From Sporopachydermia quercuum (taxonomy: Eukaryota): a DNA stretch of 64,000 nucleotides. The stretch covers positions 248,001-312,000 of the forward strand of contig BCGN01000008.1 in assembly GCA_001599295.1 (NCBI GenBank), written 5' to 3'. The notes beneath the pieces are model-generated. The model was not told the DNA's origin and did not search any database. It saw only the letters and a list, made by a program, of their open reading frames with translations. Below are positions 49,587 to 62,300 of the stretch, piece by piece. The number at the start of each line of letters is the position of its first letter. Position 1 is the stretch's first letter. Position numbers and translations under genes: made by a program.

Positions 49587-49742
49587 TACTACTATAATAC
49601 TACTATAATACTACTATATATATTATTAAATAATGTTACCAACACTCACTTTCCATTGAAGACTTACTATACACTATTCTATATCTATATCTATATCTAA
49701 ATCTGTATCTGTATCTGTATCTGTATCTGTATCTATATCTAT
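49587..49742. repeat. Simple-repeat tract: (TACTACTATAA)x3 and (TATCTA/TATCTG)n
   Basis: Visible tandem units at 49587-49618 and 49679-49742. Confidence 0.85.
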
Positions 49743-50200
49743 AGTTATAGCTCTATATATAGTTATAGGGGGATATCAGCCCGTTTCTTTAATAGCTATA
49801 ATCATGCTGTAGAGGTAATAATATCCTATCCTGAAAGTGAAAGATAATTTGCTGTACAACATTTTGTTCTCAAGTGTCCCCAACAATTTATTATTTGCAT
49901 GTGAACATAAAAACAATAACACCCCAACGCAGAATCAGAATTGTTTGTATCACTTAACTTTCCAGAGAACACAAGAAAGACGGCATTAATTCCTTATTTC
50001 AATTTTTTTTTGATTAATTTGTAGTTACTTTATTGGTTCTCGCTATTAACTATTTATTAGCAAATTGCTTTGTTCTCAGTAGAAACTAAATAATTGATCT
50101 TGATGATTAATGGATTTTCATTCTTCACTGAAATTTGAATTGATCAGACTAGCTCAAGTCATTGAAATTGTATCGATTGAGTATATCATTGTAGTTCTTG

Positions 50201-51935
50201 ATGGCTTCCAATCGTATTGAGGTTGATATGGGTAAACCAACTCAAGAAATGAGTCTAGACAAGACATTATCAGAAGAACAGCAAACTTCTGAGGAGTCAG
50301 GCAATTCTGCTCCAATTTCTGAGAAGTCTTCGACATCCAGTAGTATTGGGAGTCATGATCCTCATGATCACTCTGACCAACAGAAGACCAAGTTACAATT
50401 AGCTCAGGTGCAAGAATTGATGGAATTGGGTTTTGGAAGACATTGTGTTAGTTCGTACGATGAGAACATTAGTGGCAAGAAGATCGGCGCAATCGGTGTT
50501 AGCAAATTACCTGAACAACGGTGAGATGAAGACCCTTGCTTGAGAACCTCATCATCCTACCAGGATCGCTGACTGATATTCTGTGTTGGCAGTGTATACT
50601 AACTACGCGGTTGTAGAGAGAAACTAGCTAGACGTAGTGGGGCCTCGTTTACCATGATGGTAGTTGGTGAATCAGGACTAGGTAAATATACCCAAGTTGA
50701 AATGAATTCATGATAGAAGCCCTAAAGAATTATTATGAAATCATATGAACTCCTTTTATCGCGCAGGGTGTTGATATTTTGTTTACTAACCATTCATCAC
50801 AATAGGAAAAACAACATTTGTCAATACCTTATTTAATTATGAAGTATTGAAGCCGAGACAAGATGACGAATTAAATGACTACGCTGCCACTGAAACCACA
50901 AATAGAGAACCAACGACAACTATCAATGTTCATAAGTATGAGTTTGAAGAGGAAGGGTTCAAATTAAGATTCAATGCTATTGATACCCCAGGATTTGGAG
51001 ATGCCATTGATAACAACTTCTCTTGGTGCACTATAGTAAATTTTATCGACGCCAATCATAGACGATATATGTTACAAGAAGAACAACCTGATAGAAAAAA
51101 CTTAACTGATACCAGAGTTCATGTTTGTATTTATTTCTTAAGACCTCATGGAGAAATAGTGAGCTCTCTTGATATCAAAGCAATGAAAGAGTTGTGCACA
51201 AGAGTGAATTTAATACCAGTAATAGCAAAAGCTGACTCATTAACCAAGAAAAAGCTCAAAGATTTCAAAAGAACTGTTAGAGACATAATAAAGATTAATG
51301 ACATCAAAGTTAGTGAACCGTTATTAAACGACTGTGTACCATCTCACGTCTCTGAATTGATGCCATTTGCTCTTATTGGATCAACTGAGTTTCAAACATT
51401 GACAAAAAATAATACCAAAATAAAAGTCAGAGGTCGTAGGTATAAATGGGGTGTGGCAGAAGTTGATAATGAAGATCACTGTGATTTCAAGCTCTTGAAA
51501 AATATTCTCATGGGCCGAAATATGATGGATTTGATTGATAACACCGAAACGGTATTATATGAAAACTTTCGTAGAGCCACAATGTCTTATCGTCTGAAAA
51601 AGGCCAAAGAAGCAGAAGAAACATCTGATTCCAAAGATCAAGATTATAGTAATGATAACAGTAGTAGTATTCTCGATTTGAAAAGGATTTCAAAGTACGG
51701 ATTGAAGTTTTTGGAGTCAAGTATTCCTGAGAATGATCCTGTATACGAATCAAAAGCTTGCCAATTAAAGGCCAGGTTTTCAGAAATCATCAATGCCCAG
51801 GAACAACAATTCATTAGATGGAAGAACGCACTTCTAATGAAACAGAACGAATTGAATAAGGATATTGAAACAATTCATAACAGTATATCTCTAATAGAAC
51901 ATCAAAACAAAGTCCTGGAAGGAATGATTGCCTGA
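50201..51935 (+). CDS. SPR3: Sporulation-specific septin Spr3-like; exons 50201-50520, 50617-50681, 50806-51935 (504 aa)
   Basis: Spliced IGVSKLPEQREKLARRSGASFTMMVVGESGLGKTTFVNTLF, then DTPGFG, AKAD, GRRYKWG and a C-terminal coiled coil. Follows PEF1 as in S. cerevisiae. Confidence 0.85.
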
Positions 51936-52305
51936 ACAGTGCTAGGAAATTGCATTCATTAAAAGGGTTGATATATAATTGGCTAGTTAATCAACATAAA
52001 AAGAACATGCTAATAGAACAATATAATTTCGATTTACTCTGCTTGAGACCAATGATGTTTCAATTTTGATGTTATCGAGTAAATACAAATTGAATCAGAA
52101 TAGTTGATTGCACCTGCTTAGTTTTTTTTTATTTACAATCAACTACGGAAAAAAACTTTTGATTATTAAGATGACAGCTTATTATGATGTATAGTACAGG
52201 ACACATGTCTAAATCTATAGAATGCTGCCAAATGATGCACAGAGATAAAGACAGATTTGGCAAACCATTGTTATGAATAATGAAAGATACTTTTCTGTTC
52301 TGTTT

Positions 52306-53964
52306 CTACCGATAAGATTTAGTATTCAAAACATGAGAAAGAGGATAATTGTTGATGACATGATTCTGCCTACTTGAAATACCCATTGCTGCAAGATCTT
52401 GTTCTATCTCATCGTGACTTGCTGGCCTGATATCTGGAGCAGCAGGAAAACCTGCAGTATTCTTGATCCCTACTTCAATTGATATCTCCTGATTCAACAT
52501 TGACCTTTGTTCCAGTTGTCGACCTTTATCGTCAGATACCCAGAATCCGTATTCAGGGACCAAAGAGTCCATTGCCCTTCGTTCTCTATTAACTTTATAC
52601 CACTCTTGAGTCGTATCATGCAACAAACAGCTCCTAACATCGCACTGGTCTTTGAGAAACTGTTGGTGAATCTGTGATCTTTGAGCCTTAGTCTGGTTTT
52701 CTATACATTGCATTGTATATCTTTTACTTTGTACAGCAATTCTTACCCGCTCTTCACGATGTTTATCAATCTGCTCGTAAAGAGGAAGAAGATCAGGATG
52801 TGTTCCATCAACACACATCTTCATTTCAGCTTCAAGTTTTCTCATTCTATCTTCGTATAAAACATCCCTCAATTTAGCAAACTCAATTTCTACTTGTGTC
52901 AAAGCTTCCAGAGCTTCTTTACGCACTTGTTGATGCTTTTCTCCTTCAAACTTCTTCAACGATGTCGTTTCGTCATCATCTTCGTTGTCAGAAAACTCTT
53001 TTTCCTCTTCATTGACAGAATTATCATTATCTCTTACCCTATCTTGATCGATATAAAGATCACCCAGTGCTTCAGCTTGCGTCGTACTGTTACTATCTTC
53101 AAAGTTATCATGTGTATCTTTTTCTTCATCATCTTTGTCTTTATTAGTATCATCTATAGAAGGCTTATGTTGCTCATTAGATATTTTATCTTCTGAAACG
53201 TCTTTATCTATATCTGCGATGACTTTGACTTCGGATTTGGGCTTTTCGTCGCGAATTGGAGACTTATCAGCACCATTATTTGACGCGATGATCCCTTCTT
53301 TAGTGGTCGCTTTCTTAGAAGACTCTTCTTTTGTAGAATCCGCGATCTGACCTATACTTTCAGCAGATGGCTTTTTGTCACAAGATTGGTTTCTTTCACT
53401 ATCGGCATAGTCTTTAGCATCGTCCACATCCTCCTTCTTGGTGGTCAGATTATCAGTAGATGGCTTATCAGGATTAGCTCCTTCACTTGAAATTGATTCA
53501 ACTTTACGACGTTTTTTCTCATCTCCAGAAATGGCTTGATGGTTTTCATCGTTTTCTTCATCAGAAGTAGCACGCCTCTTCTTAGAGTATAATTTATCTG
53601 TTTCAGCCACATCAACTGAATTTGAAGAATCCGCAGTAATAGAAGTCTTATCTGGTTCATCATCATTGGGCTCTAGAGTAACATCACCATCAATATCACC
53701 ATTATTTGTGACATCTTCATCAGAAGGAGGTTCCGAGACTTCTTTCAGTCTTTCGAGCTCAGTAATATCAGGCATTTCAATTCTTTCAGTTTCAGCTTCA
53801 GATTCTAACTCGCTTAATTCAGACGACATTGAATCCTCTAATAGGTTATTATGCTGTGGTAACGGTGATTCCTTTGACTTTTCTCTATCATCCAATTGTT
53901 TATTAGGGGATTGCGGAGAGAAATCTAGCTCTGATAATGGTGAGGTTGGTCTATCCACGTCCAT
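52306..53964 (-). CDS. DEP1: Rpd3L histone deacetylase complex subunit Dep1 (Sds3-like domain)
   Basis: SSELSELESEAETER motif, acidic linker and Sds3-like domain (EIEFAKLRDVLY..DGTHP..WYKVNRERR..GFPAAP). Confidence 0.85.
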   Translation of the reverse strand: MDVDRPTSPLSELDFSPQSPNKQLDDREKSKESPLPQHNNLLEDSMSSELSELESEAETERIEMPDITELERLKEVSEPPSDEDVTNNGDIDGDVTLEPNDDEPDKTSITADSSNSVDVAETDKLYSKKRRATSDEENDENHQAISGDEKKRRKVESISSEGANPDKPSTDNLTTKKEDVDDAKDYADSERNQSCDKKPSAESIGQIADSTKEESSKKATTKEGIIASNNGADKSPIRDEKPKSEVKVIADIDKDVSEDKISNEQHKPSIDDTNKDKDDEEKDTHDNFEDSNSTTQAEALGDLYIDQDRVRDNDNSVNEEEKEFSDNEDDDETTSLKKFEGEKHQQVRKEALEALTQVEIEFAKLRDVLYEDRMRKLEAEMKMCVDGTHPDLLPLYEQIDKHREERVRIAVQSKRYTMQCIENQTKAQRSQIHQQFLKDQCDVRSCLLHDTTQEWYKVNRERRAMDSLVPEYGFWVSDDKGRQLEQRSMLNQEISIEVGIKNTAGFPAAPDIRPASHDEIEQDLAAMGISSRQNHVINNYPLSHVLNTKSYR

Positions 53965-54724
53965 ACTAGATATAGACGAGGAGAGAAAATATCTGTGAGT
54001 TAAATGGACTTACTATAGGAAAAATGATCAAGAGTGTATATAACAAACAAAATTGAACAGTAAATTCAATCAGAATCGAAATTATCGCAAACTATTGGAG
54101 ATTTGACTACTGTTCGATATTTGCGGAATGGCAGTTCGTTGGAATATATCCCAAATAGTCTCCATGAAACCGGAGAACGCAGATATTGTCCAAATAACTA
54201 TCAAAGAACTTGCTAGCTACCTTTTGAGTGTAAATCTCTAGTATCAAATAATTAATGATACACCAATCTCCGAGATTTTATGACCAATTAAAGCAAGAAG
54301 ATAGTCAGTTTTGCTTTATCGCTTTTCATTAAAAAGAAACTAAGATAGTAGGAAGTCCAGTCGATAGTCACAACATGTATGATAAGCCAATATTAACCCT
54401 TTGTGATAGCATAACTATGCATGCTACAATACTACTGTCTTTTCTATAATATGAAATAGTATCAGTAATTTCCACCGACAGTCTAGTAATAGCTTTCAAA
54501 TAGGATAGTTTCATCATGACATAGCGCATTCGCAAATCTCTACTTCAGTTCAGAACTCCTAATAGAGAGAAATTGAGATAGACACAGAAAGATGATGGAT
54601 ATTTGCAGGGTAACTGCCTGTCATAAACGGATTAAGATAGACACTGTCATGTGAGAAAGGAGGGGTTACAAGAGATGATAAAACATTTCTGCCCAATAGT
54701 GAGATATGGGACATGGAAAGAAAT

Positions 54725-54732
54725 TCACGTGA
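54725..54732. promoter_or_regulatory. Palindromic E-box TCACGTGA (Cbf1-type) in the DEP1/NOP12 divergent promoter
   Basis: Exact motif about 260 bp upstream of the NOP12 ATG. Confidence 0.5.
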
Positions 54733-54985
54733 TCAGATATATTCCGTTATTCTGGGAAGAGAATAGAATAAAGTTAGTAAGTAAAGTAAATTTTTTTCTT
54801 TCTATGGGAGTATCTTGTTAGTAATCTAGAAATAAAGAAGTGAGAATAATGGATTTATAACAAGAGAAGTTGTATCTTTCGGTTAGTTTTTAATTTTGTT
54901 GACTTAGTTCTGGTTAAGCTAATAAAGCGTACATATTTTAAGTGGATGTTGTGTGCAGCCTCTTGCGACAATCAGAATAATCATA

Positions 54986-56443
54986 ATGGGGTCCTCTACT
55001 AAACAAAAGAAGCAAAATGGAAAGGGAGAGGGTGCGAAAGGGAATATCGTGAAGAGCAAAGATGAGAGTAAATCATTTGCACCTATAGATGAATCATTAG
55101 CTTTATTGTTGAGTTCTAGTGGGTCAATTGCACCAATTGTGAAAAGGAGAACCGTTTTACCTAAACCTGTAGAAGCAAATGAGAAGGAAGGAACAGAGGC
55201 TGAAAAGTTTCCTGATGATTTTGACAATCCAATGGATGTAGATAGAGAAGCAGCAGAAGAAAAAGAAGAAGGTGATGAATTGGAAATCAAAGAAGATATT
55301 CTAGACACATTGGAAACGACTGAAGAGTATGAAGAGTTAAAGCAAAGGACCAAGAAGAAAAAGAGCAAAGATGAAGAAGATGATTTGGAGAACAAATATA
55401 TTCAAAATATTATTAATTCTTCTGACAAGGATTCAGCTAAACCAGCAAATAAATCAACTAAAAATAGTGATACAAGAACGGACAAAGAAGAAGAACAAGA
55501 AGTTGACGGATTTGAGAAATATCAACATGAGTCGGTGACCAAAGCTGATTCTGAGCTTGAAAAAGCAGATAGGACTTTATTTATTGGTAATGTCACAGCA
55601 GATGTTATTAAAAGTAAGAAAATGGATAAGAAACTATTATCGCTTTTTAGTAAGTACGGAAAAATTGAGTCACACAGATACAGATCAATTGCTTTTGCTA
55701 CTTTAAAACCAAGAAAGGCGTCTTTCATTACTAAAGACCTGCATCCTGAAAGAAGTACTGTCAACGCATATATTGTAATGGAATCAAATGACTCAATGAG
55801 GAAGTGTTTGGAACTAAATGGTACAGTTTTTGAAGGACATCATTTAAGGGTAGATTCAGTTACTCATCCTGCCAAACATGATACTAAGAGATCAGTATTT
55901 GTTGGTAATCTTAATTTTGAAGGTGAAGATGAAGAATTATGGACTTTTTTTGAACCTTGTGGTGAAATAGAATATGTGAGAGTTATTCGTGATACTAAAA
56001 CAAATGTCGGTAAAGGATTTGCATATGTTCAGTTCAAAGATATTAATGGAGTTTCCAAAGCTCTGTTAATGAATGGTAAGAAACTATCAGGGAAAGGACG
56101 TGAAGCTCGTGTCACTCGATGTAAAAATATGAGTAAACATTCTGCAAGTAAAAGCATTGGCAAAAAGAGAACAGCGGGAAACGTTTTAGAAAGATTGAAT
56201 CAAGAAGAAAGAACTAAAATTGGCAAGTCACGAAAAGTTTTATCAAAAGCAGACAGAAGAAACCTTCAAAAGTCTTTAACTATGGAAGGTCAAAGAGCAA
56301 AAGTTGGTGCTAAATTAGAAGGTGTGAATATTGGTAAGAAAAGGCAGAAGAATAAAGTAAAGAAACCAAGAATCAGAGAAAGAAGTACCTTATTTAAGAG
56401 TCAGCAAATGCTACAACATTCTAATGAAAAAATTAAAAAATAA
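54986..56443 (+). CDS. NOP12: Nucleolar RNA-binding protein Nop12 (two RRMs; 485 aa)
   Basis: ELEKADRTLFIGNV, RYRSIAF, HHLRVDSVTHPAKHDTKRSVFVGNL and KGFAYVQF motifs. First ATG at 54986 (MGSSTKQKK). Confidence 0.92.
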   Translation: MGSSTKQKKQNGKGEGAKGNIVKSKDESKSFAPIDESLALLLSSSGSIAPIVKRRTVLPKPVEANEKEGTEAEKFPDDFDNPMDVDREAAEEKEEGDELEIKEDILDTLETTEEYEELKQRTKKKKSKDEEDDLENKYIQNIINSSDKDSAKPANKSTKNSDTRTDKEEEQEVDGFEKYQHESVTKADSELEKADRTLFIGNVTADVIKSKKMDKKLLSLFSKYGKIESHRYRSIAFATLKPRKASFITKDLHPERSTVNAYIVMESNDSMRKCLELNGTVFEGHHLRVDSVTHPAKHDTKRSVFVGNLNFEGEDEELWTFFEPCGEIEYVRVIRDTKTNVGKGFAYVQFKDINGVSKALLMNGKKLSGKGREARVTRCKNMSKHSASKSIGKKRTAGNVLERLNQEERTKIGKSRKVLSKADRRNLQKSLTMEGQRAKVGAKLEGVNIGKKRQKNKVKKPRIRERSTLFKSQQMLQHSNEKIKK

Positions 56444-59271
56444 GCTTAATCAGCAGTAATGTTTATAGTATTAGGTCAATAAAGCTTTTGTTATATTTCA
56501 TTTAGCAATTTATTATTAGGTTGCATAGTAAGTTCGCAAAGTAGAAAAAGCATCCCTTGTTTCTTTTAATCTGGAATGTTGGTAGAGCAGGACCTTATGT
56601 TCAGAGTCTACAAGAAACGAATATAAACCAAAACTTTTGGAAGGAGAAGAAAATGAATCAAAGTTAACTGGCGTTTGGAGTTGATTTACCTCAACCAATT
56701 TGTAAGAACATTTGGATTGGCAAGTCCAACTGAACACAGGTTTCCTAGGTCAACTTTCACGAACAAAAAAGAATGAAAGAAACAAACCTAATATTCTTTT
56801 TCTTAATGTTCGGTATGTCTGACTTTGGTTTTCATCAAATAGCCTTCTGCCTGACCTAAATTTCAAATAGTTATGATTTCTGGATTTCTGTCAATCTCAT
56901 CCATTAATGCTAAACCTCAGTTTTGTGATGATGCTTTGATACGGCAAACTTTCATTTGAACAAATTTCTATGCAAAAGAGAGCTTGCCATTTGATTCTTG
57001 GCTTACAGCCTTGAATAGGCGCTTGATATTTAATCCAACACTTGATCATTGTATGATTTTTATCATATTGGAAGTGAAATAAATTTACTCAATCAAAGTT
57101 CATTGAGGTAATAAGCTTCGTAAGCTGGCTAAAACTTAATTAAAATTTGACATTTCAGTTACCATATTGGATGTTACTCTTCAATTACTCAACTTTATTA
57201 TTCAGATGATATGGTCATTCAGTAGTTTGTAAGTAAATGTGTGGAAAGAGAGAAACTAATATATGAAATAAAAGAATAGTAAATAAGTATTATTTAGAAT
57301 TTACCAGTTTTGCTCCCGCGATTTAAGTAGCAAAGCGAAGATTGCCCTCAGGGTATAAAATTTTTAAGTTATCTCAGGAGCACTTTAGCAACTAATTACA
57401 TAAAATTTTGAGGAGTTTCATGCTTAATTATTCTTATTGTTTTTCAGTTTGTTACCGTTCAATTAATATTGGAGCTTTATATCGTGCTAATTTCCTTCAG
57501 TGATTTAATCAGGTAGTGTAGGGTGGAAATGATAACCAAACTTCAGTATCATATAATTCAGCTTAGATAATCAAACCACCTGTTTTGGAGGATTTGCCGC
57601 GTTGAGGAATCAGGAATAGCCGTCTATCGTTAAACAGGTGATACACATATTTGGCTTGCAACAAGCGAATATTAACACCATGGTACGCAGGCTTGTCTTG
57701 AAAGAAAAAAGTTCAAACGTAGCTGTTTCAGTGGATTCACATATGCTAAATCTCATATCTCCTTAATCTAATTTGCTCGATTTCAAACTTGTAGTCAGTT
57801 GTTGAGAAAACTGAACAGTCTGTATATAACTACCAGTGCAATAGTAGATATGGATGACTCCTTAGGTTTCTATTTCTAGTGTATAGGTATTTCTATGAGT
57901 GAGGGCTTTTGTTCTTCATTCCAAAATAGTCAATAAAATCAAAGATACCAATAGTTTCAATATCCAAACTATACATTATTTTTTTATTTAGAGACAGTTA
58001 AAGTAGAAGATTTCAAAGTAGGTATGTCACATTCAATGAGGGAAATGTCAATAAGCTCTGCTAGTTGCTCTTTGAATGGTATGTGTGAGTTTCTATTCGG
58101 ATATGAGCCAATTGAAGGTTATGATGATGATGGAAAAATGTTGTTTGCAATAGGATTTACTCAAATATGATAATTAAATTCAAAGAATAAAGTACATATA
58201 ATAGATAAGCAGGTCAATAAGTAATGTTGTGTCATTTTAGCCGATGTAATTGTTCTTAAATGGTGAGTTTTGTAGGTATGGTAATTTTTTTTTGATTGTT
58301 ACATAGAAAAGGGCGACCATTCCGAAAGTTGGGCCACGATGCCCCAATTGTTTCTGATTCTTCAACTTGCAAGTATCAATTGAAGTTGAAAACTGTCGCT
58401 TTATCCTGATGAAAATCTTGCTTTACTATCGAGTAAACCAACGAACAACATGCTGTGGTAACGACATAATAGAAATAAATAAATGTAGAAGTTGAATTCA
58501 AATCATATCGTATTAGCTTATGACTTGAGAGAGATAATTTCTTAAATTTTACATTTCCGATGCGAGTATATTTTGGCCTTCTTTGGCTTTTGATTCGTTT
58601 ACTTGAATTGAGGGTTTAACTTAACGATGACCAATCAAGTTCACTTCAAATTAATCGTCTAATCGACTAATTATTTCTTCCATTCAAAAGAAGTTATAGT
58701 TCACTTTTTTGGGATGTTTTATTAATATCGAAAGCGCTCTTGTTTTTGGTTGTTTCATTGCAATCAAATAATTGAACCTTGCAACTTAAGATCAATTATA
58801 TACTATTTGAATATGAAGATTGTATTTAATGAAATCACAAATTTCAGCTCATTAACTAGCAACAGTTTATTCATTTTTCCGCTACCCGAGTAACTCATAA
58901 CGAAAAACAATAAATCGGTGCCCTATATTCGAAATAAGGTAACTAAAATCTCTGCAATACAAAGACCTTAATGAATATATTCTTTTACTGATATATAATA
59001 ATTGCATCCATTGAAAACTCCTACAATATTTTCTGAGGGATCTCATAACTTATAGTTCAAACCATCATTATCATGCATTAAATTGAACTTTCGCAGTTAG
59101 AACTATTGCGTTAAGCTGCGAGGAAATTGACCTAAAATTGTTTATCCCCGGATTCTACAACACTGAATAGTTTGAAAGTTTTCTTTCACTTTGACTTCGA
59201 GAAGCGTTGATCGTTAGTCTAGAAAGGAACATTTACACTGTTAAGAAGTTAGCCATGAAACTAATTTTCAC

Positions 59272-59354
59272 TTAGTTTTAGTTTTAGTTTTCAGTTTTAT
59301 TTTTAATTTTTAATTTTTAGTTTTAATTTTAGTTTCCAATTTTCAATTTCTAGT
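59272..59354. repeat. Degenerate T-rich 6-7-mer tandem array (TTTTAG/TTTTTAA)
   Basis: ttagttttagttttagttttcagttttatttttaatttttaatttttag... Confidence 0.75.
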
Positions 59355-62300
59355 TACTTATTATTCTAATCTGATCATTATTGGTTCCCGTAGTCTAGAA
59401 TGTACTTATTTTTCGTTCAATTCAGATGTAGCAGCATCAACTGGAAAAGAAAAAAATACCTTAGCATAACGGACAGCGCGAACCAGTTTGATCGATTGAT
59501 CGGGACGAAGAGCATAGTTTGAAGGGTTAAGAACCACATGTTGGAACCGCTACAATAATAAGAGAATTAATAGATGTGGGACAATTTATCTAAGATCTGC
59601 TTTATTGGACAGCGTATACTCAAGAAAAATTGTTGATTTAAATTACCCGTATAACTTAATAACATATCGTTAGAGTTATACAACGATTACATGATTGTGC
59701 AGATAACTGCATTGAAGTTTATATAGTATGCTTATAATATTGTTAAATGGTTTACATAGAGAAAAGTCAGTTTTCTGGCTCAGTAAAACGTGTTGTATAC
59801 AATAAAAAAATAAAGGAAGAATAGGGTCCAGAAGTAGCTTTCTGTCGTGTTTTGATTCATTTGATTTCAAGACATCTACTACTAATGGCTTAGCAACAGG
59901 TTTACTGATTATTGGCGATAATTCAGAGAAAGAAGGTACAACGTTCAGATATAGAAGATCGTTATCCTTTTCAGCTCTTGCTAAATTATCTTTGATTTAC
60001 ATGAAGCAACCTGGAGGAGCTATTATGGTAAAAATCAAAATGCGAGTTCACGATAATAAGTGAGCTACAAGAACTTAATTCATTGAAGTTTACGAGGATA
60101 GCACTTGATAATCTGAATGACTAGAAGAATGAAGTTTAACACAAACAAGAAAAGTAAATATTAGTATACTTGGACAACTACAGACGAGAGAAACTGGAAT
60201 TGCGCTTCTTGAAGAAGAACTCTAAAAAAGGGTTACATCCAGGTAAAGAAGGGTCTATCATTGCTGCTTGTCACTGTAACATTACAGTATAAGACTTTAT
60301 GATATGAGGTTAATAGCCTCGTCTCCTTCATACTCATTTTTCTTTGAGAGACTAAGCCTCTACTAACGGTCTAAACCTGTTGCAGTCTATTGTTTACCCA
60401 AAATAGAAATGAAAAGGGAAAACTGAGGTACTTTTAGAACCAATCAAGCCACTAATTCGACGGTGAGATTTCCAGAATAGTTTCACCTAAGCAAACAGGG
60501 ATTGAACATGTTTACATTTACAAAAGCGTGAGTATTGAGAATTAGAGTAGATCAAATTGGACACAGTTACCATGAACTGATCCTGTGAAACAAGCAAAAA
60601 ATATACAAAACTTCAATCTTTGTGTCATCTTTTTCTTTTGCTCTCAGGTTGGTATTATTGAATACCTACTAAAAAATTTAACTTCCATATTCACCCACAA
60701 TGTCGCAACAGCTTTTTGAGCCATCGAACGAAGACCTTTCGAATCCCTTCATAAAGTCTAACAACTGGTGCTTAATAATATTCCGGTTTTACTTTCGCTT
60801 TGAAAAAATCTTCAAATCAAACTGAGAAGAGACTCTTTAAAGTCGAAGAATTTTACCTAGATTATGTAAAGGTTATTTATTGACATCGAATAAGCCCCAA
60901 AAAGAACTTTTAGAAATGAAATATCTTTCAATATGGTGATTGTCACACATAGAAAAAAGCAACGTCTAATGTATTGGTACCTGTGACGTCATATGCATAT
61001 ATTCAATTTTTAAAGTTGGCTTATTTTGTTTTGCTCGGAACTATTCATTGTCTCAACTATTTGCTGAATGGGTGATTGAAAATCTTGAGATACATACTTC
61101 TGAAGTAAACAACCTATTCTTTTTAATTCACTATGAACGGCGCTAAAATTACGAGAAAACGGCACGGAAAGGAAGTAATGCCAAACAGTTGCTCTAGCTT
61201 TCCGGTTCTACGGCACAGACAAATCCCACTCAAGGAAAGTCTAAAAGTTCAAAATACCTTTGGGAAAAGAATAATGCATTATATCAGTGATGAACAAGTA
61301 GCTGTTTAACCCACAGCGTTTGTTTGATGGCGTCCACCTTTGGAAAAAGTATCAATGAAAATGTCTATCTAGCCAAGACAGTCAGTTAATATATTTCATT
61401 GAAAGTAGAAAAGAAAAGAGCTCAACAAGATCAACTTAGCCTTGTTCTAAAGGCTTGTTCGTGCGAGATTTTGGGCGATTGATTGAATCAAGTTATAACA
61501 GATTTATTTCTCGCTGTCTAGTTTCACTTTAACAATTTAAATGACGAAATAGTTACTTGATTTCGAACTTAAAATCTTATTTGACTAGTTAATCTAATAA
61601 GAGCTTTTTAGTGAATGAAACATAGTAACATATAACTCTCTCTTGAAACGAAGAATACTCACTCAAAAAATCAAGTTACTCCAACTGATAATTTGAAAAT
61701 GAAAGATCTCTCGAATTGATAAGATAAAGTGGACAAATCTCAAGATTGAACCAGCGTGAGTTAAATTGTCGTTTTAGTCGTGTTGTATCTATCTCCATCA
61801 GCTACATCTCGGCCGTAATATGCATTAAATCAAGATGAGAAATAGAAGAACTTTTGTTAGTGAGAATTTCCGCGTAAGGACTCCGTATACGGAATCTTAA
61901 TCTTGCATACGTGAAATTCCTCTTAAAAATCATTTAAAGTTTCCGAATATCGTACCCGAGGAATCTTACTCGGCCTAGTGTTAGTGATTGATGAGTATTA
62001 ATTAGTAGCGAAGAAAACGATGACATTATAATTCACAATCTCACTCGAAATGAATATATAATACAATGTATAGATATATATGATAGATAGAAATCGAAAT
62101 CTATAGAATTTACACTATTGAAGGTCGTTTGAAACAAGATGAGTTTCATTCGGCCCAGATCATATCGTAGCATTGAGAGATACTTCAGCTCCAATAAGTT
62201 AGCTATATCCATCAAGATCTTTCACTTTTAGATAAGCAATGTAAATCTAACATATCCCAAATTCTTGAGTATTTCAACCAATCAATGTGTTTCTTAACAA

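Noticed and set aside
54725..54900. Point-centromere CDEI-like TCACGTG
   Set aside because: No highly AT-rich CDEII or CDEIII follows; it lies in a promoter.
58024..58170. 48-codon ORF MSHSMREM..GFTQI
   Set aside because: Short, bounded by stops and without recognisable homology.
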